From the human T2T-CHM13v2.0 reference genome, Homo sapiens, in assembly GCF_009914755.1 (NCBI RefSeq), contig NC_060935.1: a stretch of DNA of 64,000 nucleotides. One strand, 5' to 3'. The notes under the pieces were generated by a model. That model was not told the origin of the DNA. It saw nothing but the letters and a program-made list of their open reading frames with translations, and did not search any database. Below, in pieces: positions 25,704 to 40,689 of this stretch. Position 1 is the stretch's first letter. The number at the start of each line of letters is the position of its first letter. A program made the translations under genes and the position numbers.

Positions 25704-26820
25704 GTCTCCGAAACTTTGCCAACATCTGTTAGTTTTTTATCTTTTTTTTTTTTCTTTGAGACAGAGTCTTGCTCTGTTGCCCAGGCTGGAGTGCAGTGGC
25801 ACAATCTCAGCTCACCGCAAGCTCCACCTCCCAGGTTCATGCCATTCTCCTGCCTCAGCCTCCTGAGTAGCTGGGACTACAGGTGCTCACCACCACACCT
25901 GGCTAATTTTCTTTTTTTCTTTTTTTTTTTTTTTTTTGTATTTTTAGTAGAGATGGGGTTTCATGGTGTTAGTCAGGATGGTCTCGATCTCCTGGCCTTG
26001 TGATTCACCCACCTTGGGCTCCCAAAGTGCTGGGATTACAGACATGAGCCACCTCGCCTGGCCTGATTTTTTAATAACAGCCATTCTGACCTGGTGTGAG
26101 ATGGTAACTCATTGTGGTTTTGATTTGCATTTCTGTAACGAGTAGAGATGCTGAGCATTTTTTCATATGCCTGTTGGATGCATGTCTGTCTTCTTTTGAG
26201 AACTGTCTGTTCATGTCCTTTGCCCATTTTTAATGGGGTTATTTGTTGTTCGCTTGTTGAATTGTTCAAGTTCCTTATAGATTCTGGATATCAGCCCTTT
26301 GTCAGAAGCACAGTTTGCAAATATTTTCTCCCATTCTGTAAGTTGTTCATTTACTTTGTTGATAGTTTCTTTCACTGTGTGAAGCTCTTTAGCTTAATTA
26401 GGTCCATCAATGGTGGACTGAATAAAGAAAATATGGTACATATATACCATGGAATACTATGCAGCCATAAATAGAAAGGAATTATGTTATTTGTAGCAAC
26501 ATAGCTGCAGCTGGAGGCGATTATCATAAGCAAATTAATGCAAAACCAGAAAAACAAATACCATGTGCTCTCACTTATAAGTGGGAACTAAACACTGAGT
26601 ACACATGGGGACAAAGATGGGACGAGACACCTGAGTCTACTTGAGCAGGAAGGGTGGAAAGAGGGTGAGGATCAAAGTACTACCTATCAGGTACCATGCT
26701 CGCTACCTGCATGATGAAATAATTTGTACACCAAGCCCCAGCAACATGCAATTTACGCATGTAAAAAATCTGCACAAGTACCCCTTGAACCTAAAATAAA
26801 AGTTATAAAAAAGTAAAAGG
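25704..26820 (+). mobile_element. Younger L1 (old L1PA/L1PB) with 5' inversion, nested in the L1M
   Basis: Antisense ORF2 segment ~25710-26402 joined to a sense 3' end ~26402-26815 with poly(A) remnant; degenerate TSD agagtcaata/agactcaata. Confidence 0.8.
25742..26063 (-). mobile_element. AluY-like with expanded middle A-rich linker
   Basis: Full dimer; T-run expansion at ~25907-25937. Confidence 0.95.
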
Positions 26821-27348
26821 CTAAGACTCAATATTATCAAGATGTCAGTTATTCCCAGCTTAATGTATAGATTAAACACAATCCCAAACAAAATACCAGC
26901 AAGTTATTTTGCAAAGTTATTTTGCAAATACTGAAAAAATGACTCTAAAATTTATATGAAGAGGAAAACAAACCAGAATAGTTAACTCAATATTGAAGGA
27001 GAAAAACAAAGTTGGAGGACTGACACTACCTGACTTCAAGACTTACTACGAAGCTACAGTAATCAAGACTGTGATATTGGTATTAGAACAGACAAATAGA
27101 TCAATAGAACAGAATAGAGAGCCCAGAAATAGGCACACACAAATACAGTAAACTGATCCATGACAGAAGACCAAAGGCAATACAATGGAGTAAAGATAGT
27201 CCTCAATGAATCATGCTGGAACAACTAGACATGCACATATTACAAAAATGAATGCAGACATAATCCTTATACCTTTTGCCAAAAGGAAGTGAAAATAGAT
27301 CATAGGCCCAGATGTAAAATACGAAACTATAAAACGCCCAGGAGATAA

Positions 27349-27699
<351 letters not shown>

Positions 27700-28943
27700 C
27701 ACAACAGTGAGTTATTTAGATGTAATAGCAAAGGTACAATCCATGAAAGAAATAATTGATAAGCTAGAGTGCATTAAAATTAAAAACTTATACTCTTGAC
27801 TCTATCAGGAGATTGAGAAGAAAAGCCACAAACTGGGAGAAAATATTTGTTAAAGGCATATGTGATTAAATAAAACTATTATCCAAAATATAGAAACAAT
27901 TCTTAAAATCCAACAAGAAATATATAACAACCTGATTTAAAAATTGCACAGCATCATCATATGCCATTAGGAAATTGCAAATTAAAATGAAACACCATTA
28001 CTTACCTACTAGAATGACAAAAATCCAAACACTGACAATATCAAATGTTGATGAGGATGTGATATGGAACAACAGAAACTCTTATTTATTGCTGGTTGGA
28101 ATGCAAAATTGTATGGCTATTTTGGAAGACAGTTTGGCAATTACAAAACTAAACATACTCTTACCATATGATCTGGCCATAATGCTCCTTGCTTTTTCCA
28201 CAAAATGAATTGAAAACTTATGCCCATAAAAACGCCTGCACATGGTTGTTTATGGAAACTTTGTTAATAATTGTCCAAAACTTGGGAGCAACCAAAGTGT
28301 CCTTCAGTATGTGAATGGATAAACTGTGGTACTTCCAGGCACTGGAATATTATAGAGCACCGAGAAGGAATGAGCTATCAAGCCAAGAAAAGACATAGGG
28401 GAAACTTAAATGCATATTGCCAAGTGAACGAAGCCAATCTGTAAAAACTATGTACTGTCTGATTCCAACAATATGACATTATGCAAAAGGCAAAACTTTG
28501 GAGGCAGTAAGAAAATTAGTGGTTTCCAAGTGTTAGGAGGAAGTGATGAATAGGTAGGTTTTTAGGGCAGTAAAATCATTCTGTATGGTATTATCATGGT
28601 GGATACATGTCATTATACATTTGTCAAAACCCATAGAATATACAACATCAAAAGTGGACACTAATGTAAACTATGGACTTTGAATAACAAAGATGTAGTT
28701 AAATCAATTTTATGAAATCTACCACTGTAGTGTGAGATGTTGACAATGAGGGAGACTGCAGCAGATTTGCAGCATGAACAGGGGCAGATGGTATATGGGA
28801 AATCTCTGTTGCTAACATCCTAAAATTTCTGGAAAAAAGATCTAAACAACTCCATCAGGGCTAAGAGAATTGTTCTCAGGATGAGACAAGCTCTTAAACA
28901 TCTACTATTCTGGGAAATGCATTCTCAAAAACTAGGCCAAATT

Positions 28944-29370
<427 letters not shown>

Positions 29371-32176
29371 CTATAAAGCAAGGGAGTGGAGCCCTAGGAA
29401 CTGTATCAGGTTCTCAGCAGAAAGCCAGCATCTCCACTCTGGGGAAGAGAATGACCAGTGGCTCCTGGGGAGAGTATCCCTCTGAAGCTACCTTGACTGT
29501 TGTCGTCAGCTTCTCATACTTGAATCCAAAAAAGGGACACAATGAAAATCAATTTTACATCAAAAATTAATACCAAAACCACAACATTACTTTTTTTCTA
29601 ATAGTGATCTGGGGATTCCTACTTTGAGACAGACATTTTTAACTTACGCATTTGCTTAGGCTTGTATTAAATCATTGTAAACCATAGTTTTAGTACTTAT
29701 TCTATTTGATCAACCTTTACACGTCTACTAGTTTCCACACAGAATACTTGGGAAACTTATAGAGTCTTCTTTTTATAGGAAGAAAAACTGAGTCACCAAA
29801 ATCCATGTTGTATTTTGAGATTAAATCAAAAATAAAATCTAAAATATGTCCCCATCTAAAAAAGTGCCCCCTCTATACCAGGAAACCTAAAGATCAATAG
29901 CCTGAACAATGCTTTGCATTCAACTTCCTGAGTTGCAGCAGAGTTAGTGAGGCTGGGGATCAAACAACGAGGGCCAGGCATGGAGGTGTGGATTAGAATA
30001 AAACAAAATGTGACAGGAAAAAATTACAAGGTGAAAAGCCTTTTGTTCATACAATGGAACATAATTTTGCAGTAGACATTTTTAAGCTTCTATTGTATCA
30101 CACAGTGTTTCTTTGCAAGATTTCATGTGTTGTTGTGTTAAAAATGAATTTCATTTTGTCCCAATCAATGCATCTCCCCACTCACTATTACCTACAGGCC
30201 TTCCTAGCAGCCAGAGTTCTGGCCACCCTCCAGTACCAGGCTGGCATTAAAGTAAGTAAAGTTGCTGGTGTCTGTCCAAATGTTCAATCGAGGTAGTTGG
30301 GAAATGTCACCTACACCCAGATAATTTTTAAATTCCTTTCTCTCTTTTTCTTTCTCCCCATGCTCCGAAATTACCTCCAGCTTATTTGTCTGGCTAGAGG
30401 TTAATGGAACACTAATGATGTTAATGAGCCTTTCACAGTGCAAGTTTTTTCAGGAAAGAGATATAATAGCTGTTTTCCTTCCCTTTTAATCTTTTTCATC
30501 ATTCAAGAGTTACAGGCTGAGACAATTAGCAACTTGTACAGCTCTGTCTCCCTGCTCAGTCACAGCCCAGTGGGGCAAAAAGCAGGAGCCCATTAGACAG
30601 CTCCACATGTCCACAGGTGAGAGCGCATGGATGGATGCAACACAGTGCTTCCTGCCAGAAGGCATAATGCTATTCAGGGAGAAAGGAGGGAAATTAACAA
30701 TCTGTTGATGAAGCTTTTCCATGGCAGGCAGGCAGCAGGAGCTGTCCAGAGTACGGAAGAGTCATCATAAATTCCTCCCCATCCCTTCATTAGACCGAAA
30801 GGCATGAGTGAGAGCCACAAACCTCAAGGAGTTCAGAGTCTAGCTCACCCAAGCATCCAAATGTTTAGTTACTGAGAGTAAACTTACCCTAAATTCATAG
30901 GGACCTGGAAAAAAAGAAGAACATTTTTATAAAACAAGTTATTTAGCGATACATCCCAATTTTTTGGGCATTTCTCCATTTTGTGGTGTTTTGGCATTCT
31001 GCCTGTCTATGCTTTGAAAGTATACATCCTGGATGCATATGGCAATTAAAACATGAACTCAGAGTGCTGCTAAGATGGAAAAACATTGAAAGTAAAACAT
31101 GTCCAAGATTTGAACTAATCTTGATTCTGACTCAGCTGGTGTTAGGTTTTATTTCTGGTGAAAAGGGCCTATAAATGCCTTCAGCAAATGCTTCAAGAAG
31201 AAATTCAGAGCACTCAACAGAGAGGGCTGAAGAATGTGACATTTCACTTTCCTTCAGATTGTTGATTTATTTTGTATCTAAAAGTGGATTTTAATTAAAT
31301 GGATCATGGTTCACAACCAAGTTAGAGTGAAAAATATTAAAGGCCCAATTCAAGATCAAAAACTGTAGGAATAATTTTCCTATAAAGGTCACTCTCAGTC
31401 AGAATTCAACCACTAATGCCAGCTAACTTGAGATGTAATATAAAGCAAAATATTAATAGGCCAAAATAATTTTGTACAAATTATGTGTTATAGATGTATA
31501 ATGAATTGTTAGGCACATTAAGAATTTGATATGTATCCTTAAACTTTATGGTTTAGAGAATTGCCTGGAAAAATAATCAAAGGTTTGTTCACCTACTATG
31601 CGTGTTCAATAAACTTTACGCTTGCTGAGATGGTGGCTAAAAATAAAATATAAGGCCTAGAGCTAAAATACAGGGGTAAATGCATATCTGAAGGAATTCA
31701 GACAACAATTAATTATGTACCTGTGGTGCCGATAAAGCTCAAAGTTCAAGGCAGATAAAGTCTTATTCAGACTAAGTGTAGTTGCTGAGGGCTTCATTAA
31801 CGAGGTTATGCAGTGTAAACAAGATTTTTATAATTACATCATACAAAAAAAAGATTTTCTAGGTTCAGGAAATGAAGAAAAGGTATAGGTTGATTTAATC
31901 ATGAATGATAGATGCATGTGAGAACCATTGTTTAGTGCCAGTGGGCAGATGAATTGAAATGAGCAGAAATCAAAGGTAAGGGAATTGTCTTAGAGAGACT
32001 TGCCAAGGTTCAGAAGTAGGCTGAAAATGGAGATGGCAAGATGTGAAGATACATTCAGAATGAAAGTATTAAGACTATGACAAATTTGATTTGGTGGAAA
32101 AAGAAAAATGGCTCAAAAAGGATTTAGAGGTTTTTAGCCAGGGCAACTGAAATTATTGGGTTGCAAAAGAAAAAGA

Positions 32177-32552
<376 letters not shown>

Positions 32553-35060
32553 CTAGATCCACTACAGATCTGGCCAAACTGAACTATTATAATGTTTTAA
32601 AATTCCTCATTCCCCGTTCTAACAGTTGCTCCAATTGCTCAATAGTGCATATATACCCTCTCACCCATTTAACAATAATTTTATCAATTTACTTCGGTCA
32701 AAAACTCATTGGAGGAAAAGAAGTTTTATGGACTGTGCAGTTGCATATCATCATCAACGTATGCTCACGCTGTCCATTTGGGCCTGCAGGTTTCTAGAAG
32801 GCAAGCATTGCACCCATTTAGCAAACTCTGATATGCTCTTTAGAGTACATGGAAATACATAACGCAGACTTTCTGCAAGAAATGATGATGGCAACTAGAA
32901 ATAGTCCCAAAGAATTTATCAAATGCCTTAGATGGTGAAATCAGAGCTCAAGCTTTTATGCACATCGCATCCTTGTTTTCTAAAGAAATAACAAACTCCC
33001 CTAGCAGTGTAAGGAACTACATAATTGTGTATATGGGGCTGCAGTGCTTATAGCAATGTGCTACATCCAGATGGCAAATGGGATGATGGTAAAGCCAGGA
33101 TGAGGAAGCAACTAATGATACTTCAAATAGCAAACTGCAAAGCAAATGTAAGCACAAATGACATATCCAGGACCAGACAATAGAGCACATGTCAAAGTCA
33201 GCTGCTTAGGATGGGGGAGTGGAGAAGACAAAAATAAAAAGTAAATATACACTACATAAACATAAATACAAATGCATGATACTACTTCAGAAGCACAGCG
33301 CTTATCAGATCTGCTGTCATTCCCCTCGCCTTGTACCATGCCTCTCTTGGCCTAGCCCCACTCAAGGTAAAATAGACTGCAGACTGCCCACTGCACCAGA
33401 GGCAGAGACAGGCCCTTTGTTAACTGCCATGAAGGGAAAGCTCTCCAAAGAACAGCTACTTTCAACTCAGTAGGTAATACGTTCCGGTCTTGGGTATCCC
33501 CACCTGGAATCAGGGAAAACAAGGCCAAGGACCTCTAGATGAATAATACTTGGATCAACAGGGAACTCTCTCTAGCCCCAGGCCACCTTCTCTTCTCCAT
33601 CCAAGAGGAAGATTGTGCAGGACACCTATCCTGTGGTAGAACAGTGGGCCCTTCTGTAGTGTCAGTGGTGAACACGTGGCTCTATATTTAGACAAACTCT
33701 GAGGTATAGAAGTAGATTATTAACTGGAACTTATAAGGACTGAAGACTTCTGTTTGTGATTTTCATTAGAGGACATCTATCTGCATTTAAAGCTGCTGCA
33801 CTCTGATAACGGGGAGGGAGAGACTCTTCAAAACTGCCTGGACAGACGCTGAGATAATGCTTTTCAAACGACAAAATGCCCTCACTGATTTACAGAGGCA
33901 TTGCTGTCCTTGTCCATGCTTCTGGAGCTCCTGATACAAGCTGTAAGAAGAAACTTCTCATCATCAATGAATATTTCTGGCCCCAACCTATTTATCCAGA
34001 CAACCTGTCAGCCCACCAGAGCCAGATTTTCTGTTGACACGCACACGACAGCAACACAATAGCTGGGTTTCTTTTCTTCATTGTTGCCATTCACCTTTCC
34101 CTCTTCATAGTCACAGACGCTTTGTCTGAACGATAATAAAGACCCTTCCTGACTCAGTTTCCATTTTGACGTTGTCATTCCTTTCACTGGCTCTTATTTA
34201 TGACTGCCTTGAAGTGCTTTCATGAAAAGATACTATTACAGCAGAATGATGCTCTCTTGACACTGAAGATTGGAATCTACACAAATGTTCTGTAACAACT
34301 CATTTTAATGTTTGCCTACTTGTCTTAATTTATTTTTTATTTCTGATTCTCAACGTACTCGAGACAGAGGGAGGTTTGCTCCAGCTCAGGGAGCCATGCC
34401 ACACATCTAGCTGAGACCACAGATGGTGTGGGTTGGGATGACTACCTCTTTTTCAGGCTTGGAGTGGCTATTGGTATGCAGCACACAACCCCGCATGCTC
34501 ATCAAGATTGTTAAAGGAAAGGGCTCAGGATGCACAAAAGCAGAGCAGCCAAATTATTCTTGTTTATGGCAGGAGAGGGTTCACTTTAGATCAAGACAGA
34601 AGTAAATTAGCAAAGAAATAAGCCTTGGAAAAGATTTTCTTTTTTAAATTTTAGAAACAAGGCTGGCTTACGTTTGCTGATCAGTGTCAAGGTACACTTT
34701 CAGATGGGGCCAGAGGAGAATTGCTGCGAATTAATATGCAACTCAGTTTTCAGTCTTAGTCCTTAGAAGGGTGTTGTTGTTCTTCTAGGTGACTGTATGT
34801 TGCTAAATTATAGGATTCAAAGTGCACAGATACCTGGCTACACATTTACTTAGTGGACTGTCGTCAGACTTTTGGTCTAAACATACCTAACGCAAATTTA
34901 ATTCTTCCCACTAAAATTGCAATCAACAATCCATCATACATCAAGGAAGAAATACCCCTGAAGTCTCCTGACCTGAGCTCGGTTAGAATGTCGTGCGCTA
35001 GAGCTTTCCAGCGGGGTAAATGGGAGCGTTAGGAATCTTGTAAAGAAGCCACTACATTAT

Positions 35061-35093
35061 ACACACACACACGCACAGACACACACACACACA
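35061..35093. repeat. Imperfect (CA)n
   Basis: Direct read. Confidence 0.85.
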
Positions 35094-35633
35094 TATATGG
35101 CTATTCCATTCTGAGCCTACACTAACCATTGTCTGGCTCTTCCTCAGATCCCCTTTACTCTTCTGTTCATTGTCTGCAAGTATACCACACTTGCTGGGTT
35201 TTAAGTCACATTGAGACAAATTCCATATTTAATTAATCTTTTTGTCTCCCATTGTTACCAAAGACAGCGCTTTGCAAACTACAGGTGATAAAAAAAAAAT
35301 GTGAAATACATAATGAAACATATTTTACTAACCACACCAGACAGGGAAACGCATTCACGGAGTGCCCGCTGAATACGTGTTTCCATATGCAGGAAGCCTG
35401 ACTCCACTGCTCAGGGCCCTTTGCAGGCCTCATGAGGACTCATCCCCAAGCTAACAGTCTTAAAACAAGACTGACTTACCTGCGTTTACCTGTTTTGCTC
35501 TCTAGGTCCACTCTTAATGTCTTTACTGGGTTTCCTGGCCGCTCTTTCTATTTTTCATGAGGTTAATTGGTTTCTCTAGCTCACAAAGTTTTCCTTCTGT
35601 GTTCTCTGGTTAGTTTTTATTACCTGCTCCCAC

Positions 35634-36148
35634 TGTGTCTGGAGTTGGTTCCTTCCGGTGGGTTCGTGGTCTTCCTGACTTCAACAATGAAGCCACGGAA
35701 CTTTGCCGTGGGTGTTACAGCTCTTAAATATGGCACGGACCCAAAGAGTGGGCAGTAGCAAGGTTTGTTTTGAAGAGCAAAAGAACAAGGACTCCACAGC
35801 ATGGAAGAGGACTGAGTGGGTTACCGCTGCTGGCTGGGGGTGGTCGGCTTTTATTCCCTTACTTGTCCCCGCCCATGTTCTGTTTTTGTCCTATCAGAGT
35901 GCCCTTTTTTCAATCCTCCCTGCGATTGGCTACTTTTAGGATCCTGATGATTGGTGCATTTTACAGAGCACTGACTGGTGCGTTTTACAGAGCACTGATT
36001 GGTGCATTTTACAATCCCCTTGCTAGCTACTGAGCGCTGATGTGTGCATTTTTATAGATCACTGATAGGTGCATTTTACAATCCTCTTGTAAGAAAAGTT
36101 CTCCAAGTTCCCACTCGACCCAGGAAGTCCAGCTGGCTTCACCTTTCA
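35634..36148 (-). mobile_element. Solo ERV9 LTR (LTR12F-like), full length ~515 bp
   Basis: Termini tgtgtctggagttggttccttccggtggg ... ccagctggcttcacctttca (TG...CA); 24-bp ctgattggtgcattttacaga repeats; AATAAAAG box (plus 35848-35855); 4-bp TSD ccac/ccat. Confidence 0.9.
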
Positions 36149-36423
36149 CCATGACCCCAAAAGAGTGCTTTTTGGGTAGTCTACCTGGTGACCTGACCTC
36201 TTTGGCATTGCCTCAGGACTTATCCATGATTTTGCCCTGTCAGGAAGCATTGTTGAACCCTGGAAGATCAGACCTAGAAAGGGAGGTGAGTCATTGCATT
36301 TGAGAGTGGGAATGTAAATTAAAATTTATCTCATCCAACCGTCTATTTTGCAGCTGAAGAGAATAAGCCATAAACCTAGAGGAGATAGAATGCATAGTAC
36401 TTAATCTCAGGAAGCCTCAAGCC

Positions 36424-36638
36424 CAGCAATTTTGAACCAAAGACAATTTTGCTCTCCATAGGACATTTGACAATCTCTAGAGACATTTTTGTTCGACAGG
36501 ACTTGGGTGAAGGATGCCGCAGAAATCTGGTGAGCAGAACCAGGAAAGCTACACATCTTGTAATGCATAGGACAACCCTGTACCTATAAAGCATATTTCA
36601 ATCCAAAAAGTCCACTGTGGTAAGGTTGAACAACCCTG
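36424..36638. mobile_element. MER20 DNA transposon
   Basis: caattttgc...ggacatttgacaatctctagagacattttt...taatgcataggacaaccc...ggttgaacaaccctg. Confidence 0.75.
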
Positions 36639-37009
36639 TTCTGGTCCATTAAGGTAACATGAAGTCAAAAGACATGGATAAAATAAAAATGGTAAATTTA
36701 GTATTTTGAGATCTGGAGTACATATTGTCCACAGAGTAACCACCTTAGAATAATAAGTGCTCTTAATAGTGGTGACTATGGCACTATGTTTAAATATTGA
36801 TGAACAAATGTGGTACCAGGAGCACCTTACATTCGAGTACAGAAAATATGTGTCCTCCAGTTTTGTTCAGCCTGGTGTTCCCACAGCATGAACTTGGGAA
36901 CTTGCTTGTTGTTGTGTGACTTAGGCTCTGAGCCCATAGCAGAGGTCACAGGCCCCCGTGCGTGATCCTACATTTATTCTGACCCATAAACTAGCTTGCC
37001 ATGTTAGTG

Positions 37010-37530
37010 AAAGAAGGATAGTGTTTTGAGAAGGGCCTTGATCTTAAAGTCAAGGGGTTGGTCTCTGAACTCCAGCTCAGGTGGGGATGTTTTACGTGAC
37101 TGGGAGCAAGTGCATCTTCTCATTCTGGGTTCAGTGTGTTTCATTCGTTCAGTGCTGCAGGGGCCCTAGCCTCAAACGCAGTAGCTCCAGCTCTGATAAT
37201 CTATGGGATTCTTTTTCCTACCCCCAAACTTCCCTCCTAGATATAAGAGTCAGGTGGCAAACAAATTCCCTAACAGCATTTCCCTTTATAAACTGGAGCA
37301 CCACTAAGGGCATGACTAAGTAGAGAAGCACAGAGGTGTGTGGAACAGGGAGGCATTTGGGGTTAGAAACCTGACTCTGAACACTCATTAACCCCATGCC
37401 ATTGGGCAGTTAGTAAACCTTTCTGGTCCTTTGTTTACTCATCTGTAAGGTGGGAATGATAATAATAATACCTATCCATATGGTTTTTGATGAGAAAAAC
37501 TGAGATAATAAGTGCAAAGTGATTAGAACA
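37010..37530. mobile_element. MIR fragments
   Basis: ttgggcagttagtaaacctttctggtcctttgtttactcatctgtaaggtgggaatgataata. Confidence 0.65.
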
Positions 37531-38768
37531 GCCCCCAAATAAGGAGCTGAGGTGTTTCTGGGTCAAAGTTAGCAACATTATTCTCCTCCTCTAAGCCAGT
37601 TTGTTTTCCATGGAAAATAGAATTCCGACCATTGTTTTGGGTAATATATTTAGTTCTGTGTGAATGAGAAAAAAATGCACAAATGTGCTATGACCCCAGC
37701 AGAATACTTGGTGCCATTTACAATATAATAGTAAAAGAAAATCATTTACCCACTGGCACGGTAGCTAGTTTCCCTGTCTATTCCAGTTCCATATGTCCCT
37801 TCACTGTAATTTAGACTAAAACACAAGTGTCCCTGGGCAAATATGACTCCCTTTCTTTTGCTTCTGGCTGGGGAGAGAGCTTTTCCAAGATCACACTCCC
37901 TGTGTCCCTGCCCTCCAAGAGGTCACTTGGCTCTTTCTTTTGGCATGTTGTCCCCAGTGTTAGTTAGTACGAGTCTTTCTCAGATACCAGCTCTCTCATT
38001 AGTTCTATTGGTTTCAACAGCTCCATGGACACAGTAAATGCAATATTTAACACCCAAGAGGGAAGTGTTTCACTTGGATGATTCTTTCATCATCTCTGCC
38101 CATCTGGAGCTCCCTTTAAACTCATGGAGCACCAACTGCCTAGGAAAACAATGAACTTTGGTGACTTTTCCTTTCCTAAGCAGACTGGGCTCCCAGAAAA
38201 TAAAGTTGGTGCCAGGAAGGGTGTTTTGTTTTGTTGTTTGTAGGTGGGAGGAGAGTTGATCCTTCATAGATGATATTGGTTCCATCATTTCCTAGGGAAT
38301 TGCACTGAGATTTGATTAGATTTCCACCTTTGATTGACACCTGTTAATAACCTGCAGGATGGGTGGAGGATGTTTATATTGTCAGCCAGAGTTATCTGTG
38401 ACTATTTTTCATCAGTTTTGCCAATCAAGGGCAGCAGTGAAGGATATTATTTTTTTCTTAAAATGTTGTTATGGATCTACAGACACTGGATGGGGGAAAT
38501 TGTCCTGTACATCCACCTTCACGCTGGTTCTTAGAAAATATATTGCCAGGATTGCATGCAATATTCAAATAATGCATTTATGTACTTTTATTATCCTACT
38601 TTGGATATGGTGACAGGCAGCTTTGTGACAAAGCTATTTATTCCCTATATTAATCTTGGGAGTATGGTTCCATCCAAGGATTTTTTTCGTTAATTAGACT
38701 TTATATTTCAAAATTTTTTCTAAACAAGACTCCAACCTTTTGAAGTTCAAGTTCATTGACTCTTGGCC

Positions 38769-38792
38769 AAAAAAAAAAAAAAAAAAAAAAAA
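38769..38792. repeat. Poly(A) run
   Basis: Direct read. Confidence 0.9.
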
Positions 38793-40689
38793 GGGAAAGA
38801 AACAAAATATCTCATATCACTTGGAAAACACGGTTGAATGTAAAAGCAGAAAAATAAACGTTGATACTGAAAATCAACATTTGTTGTGATGCTGAGTATA
38901 TGACAGATGAAAAATTAGTAGAAAATCAGCAACATTTAGAAATAAATAAAAAGTACAATTAGTCTTGGTTTTTCCAAAATCATGACATCTTCCAAATATT
39001 GTAGACATGGGCAAAATGAGGCATCTTTCAGATGTTTTCTTAAAATATAAGATTGGATTTGTATAAATAAAAGGTGTCAGCATCTAGTGAGCTAAAAGAA
39101 ACCCTGCAATGAGGGCTATTTGCCGTGAATGCTTTGATAGGTGAATGTCCCAGGTTCACCAGTCCTGGCCTAAGGAAGAGAACAGCTTCGTCTTTCTCTC
39201 ACACTGTAGTGCCATCACACCTCCCCCTGCCTTGTCCTGTCTCCAGCACTTCAAGAGAAAGTGTCTAGGAGAGCCAAGGGCGAGCAGGTTAAAGGACACC
39301 GAGAAACTCTTAATCGCACAAGCTCCAGAAGAGTGGACTGTCATGCCCCCTACCCTTTGGAGGCTTTCGCTGTGTCAGCCTCAGCCAGCAGCCCCAGAGG
39401 AAAGGTCAGATGACACATATCTTCCCCTTACTCCATGCCAGACCTGGGCAGATTCTGGTATTCACAATTCCCATCTGCAATTTATCTGCAATTACAGAAT
39501 ATATATGCCCCTTTCATCTAGATTTCCTGGCTAAAGTGAAAATATGCCAAATACATTTAAAAATAACTCATTTAAAGCCTGGTGACAGTGCTGGGTCTGT
39601 TCCTACTTATCATGCAAAAAAGGCATCCTTTATATTTTGCCTTTCCCCAGAGCTAAACTGTATGGGTATAAAATTTTTTCCATCTCTTTCCATCTGCCTT
39701 ATTTTGGATCTGTTTTGCCATTCAGATATCTGTTTTTTCCCCACACTTTCTTGAAATTACCCTTAAAGAGCAATGGGGAAGTTTTCAAAAAGTACAATTC
39801 ATTAAAAGACTCTTTTCAATCAATCACTCAGTCTTGTATTTACCTACAGCATGATTTTAGCCCTGGGGGTTTTGAAACTTGAGAAAAAGGGAGAAGAACA
39901 AGGAAGCAGGAGAGAAAAAAATAACAGAACTACATTTGTTTTTAGAATGGTTTCAGACATGTGTATCATTATTTAATTCTTTAAATGCCACTAGGCTGAA
40001 CGCTTACACAGAACCAAGACATAAACCCAGATTTTCTGACTCAAACTTGATTGCTCTTTTCATAGTAGTTCAGAAAGAAAGCAAGGAACTTGGACCAAAG
40101 CTACAGCCAAACACTAGCAATAATTAACTGGCTTTCTGTTGTCGAAGGATAAGGCAATTTTGATAATGACTAAGGGCCAAAGAGTAAACAAAGCCTAAAT
40201 AAATTTTAAGATTTGTCTTAGCTTCCCACCGCAGGTAAGAAAGTATTTATGACTCTTTCCCCACCGTGTGAATAAGGCTGCTCACTTTATTAGCCAGCTG
40301 AGTGTTCTGACCTCTGTGCTTCAGGCACATATTGAATTCTTTCTTCATTAGCATAAAAGTAAATGCATCGTCTCTTCCTGAGAGAACCATTCTTAGAAAA
40401 GCAGTGCAAGCTTTTTAGACCACCTTGTTGATATTTATGAAAACTTGGCCTCATGCTTGGGAAGACGCTATGATTACGCTCTTGTCTATCTAAACAAGCT
40501 CCTCCCTGCTTCTTCAGAAACAGAGCATAAGTACAAAATAAACAGAATAATCATTCCTGATACTGGCAGTTGTGGAAGAATTTCCACATAAACCTTATAA
40601 TCTTGTTGCTCACAGAAATCTTATGCGACAGTCCTGAACCAGTTCTGCCCAAAGCAACATCACTGCCTGGGCCTCCCGCTGAACTGCTC

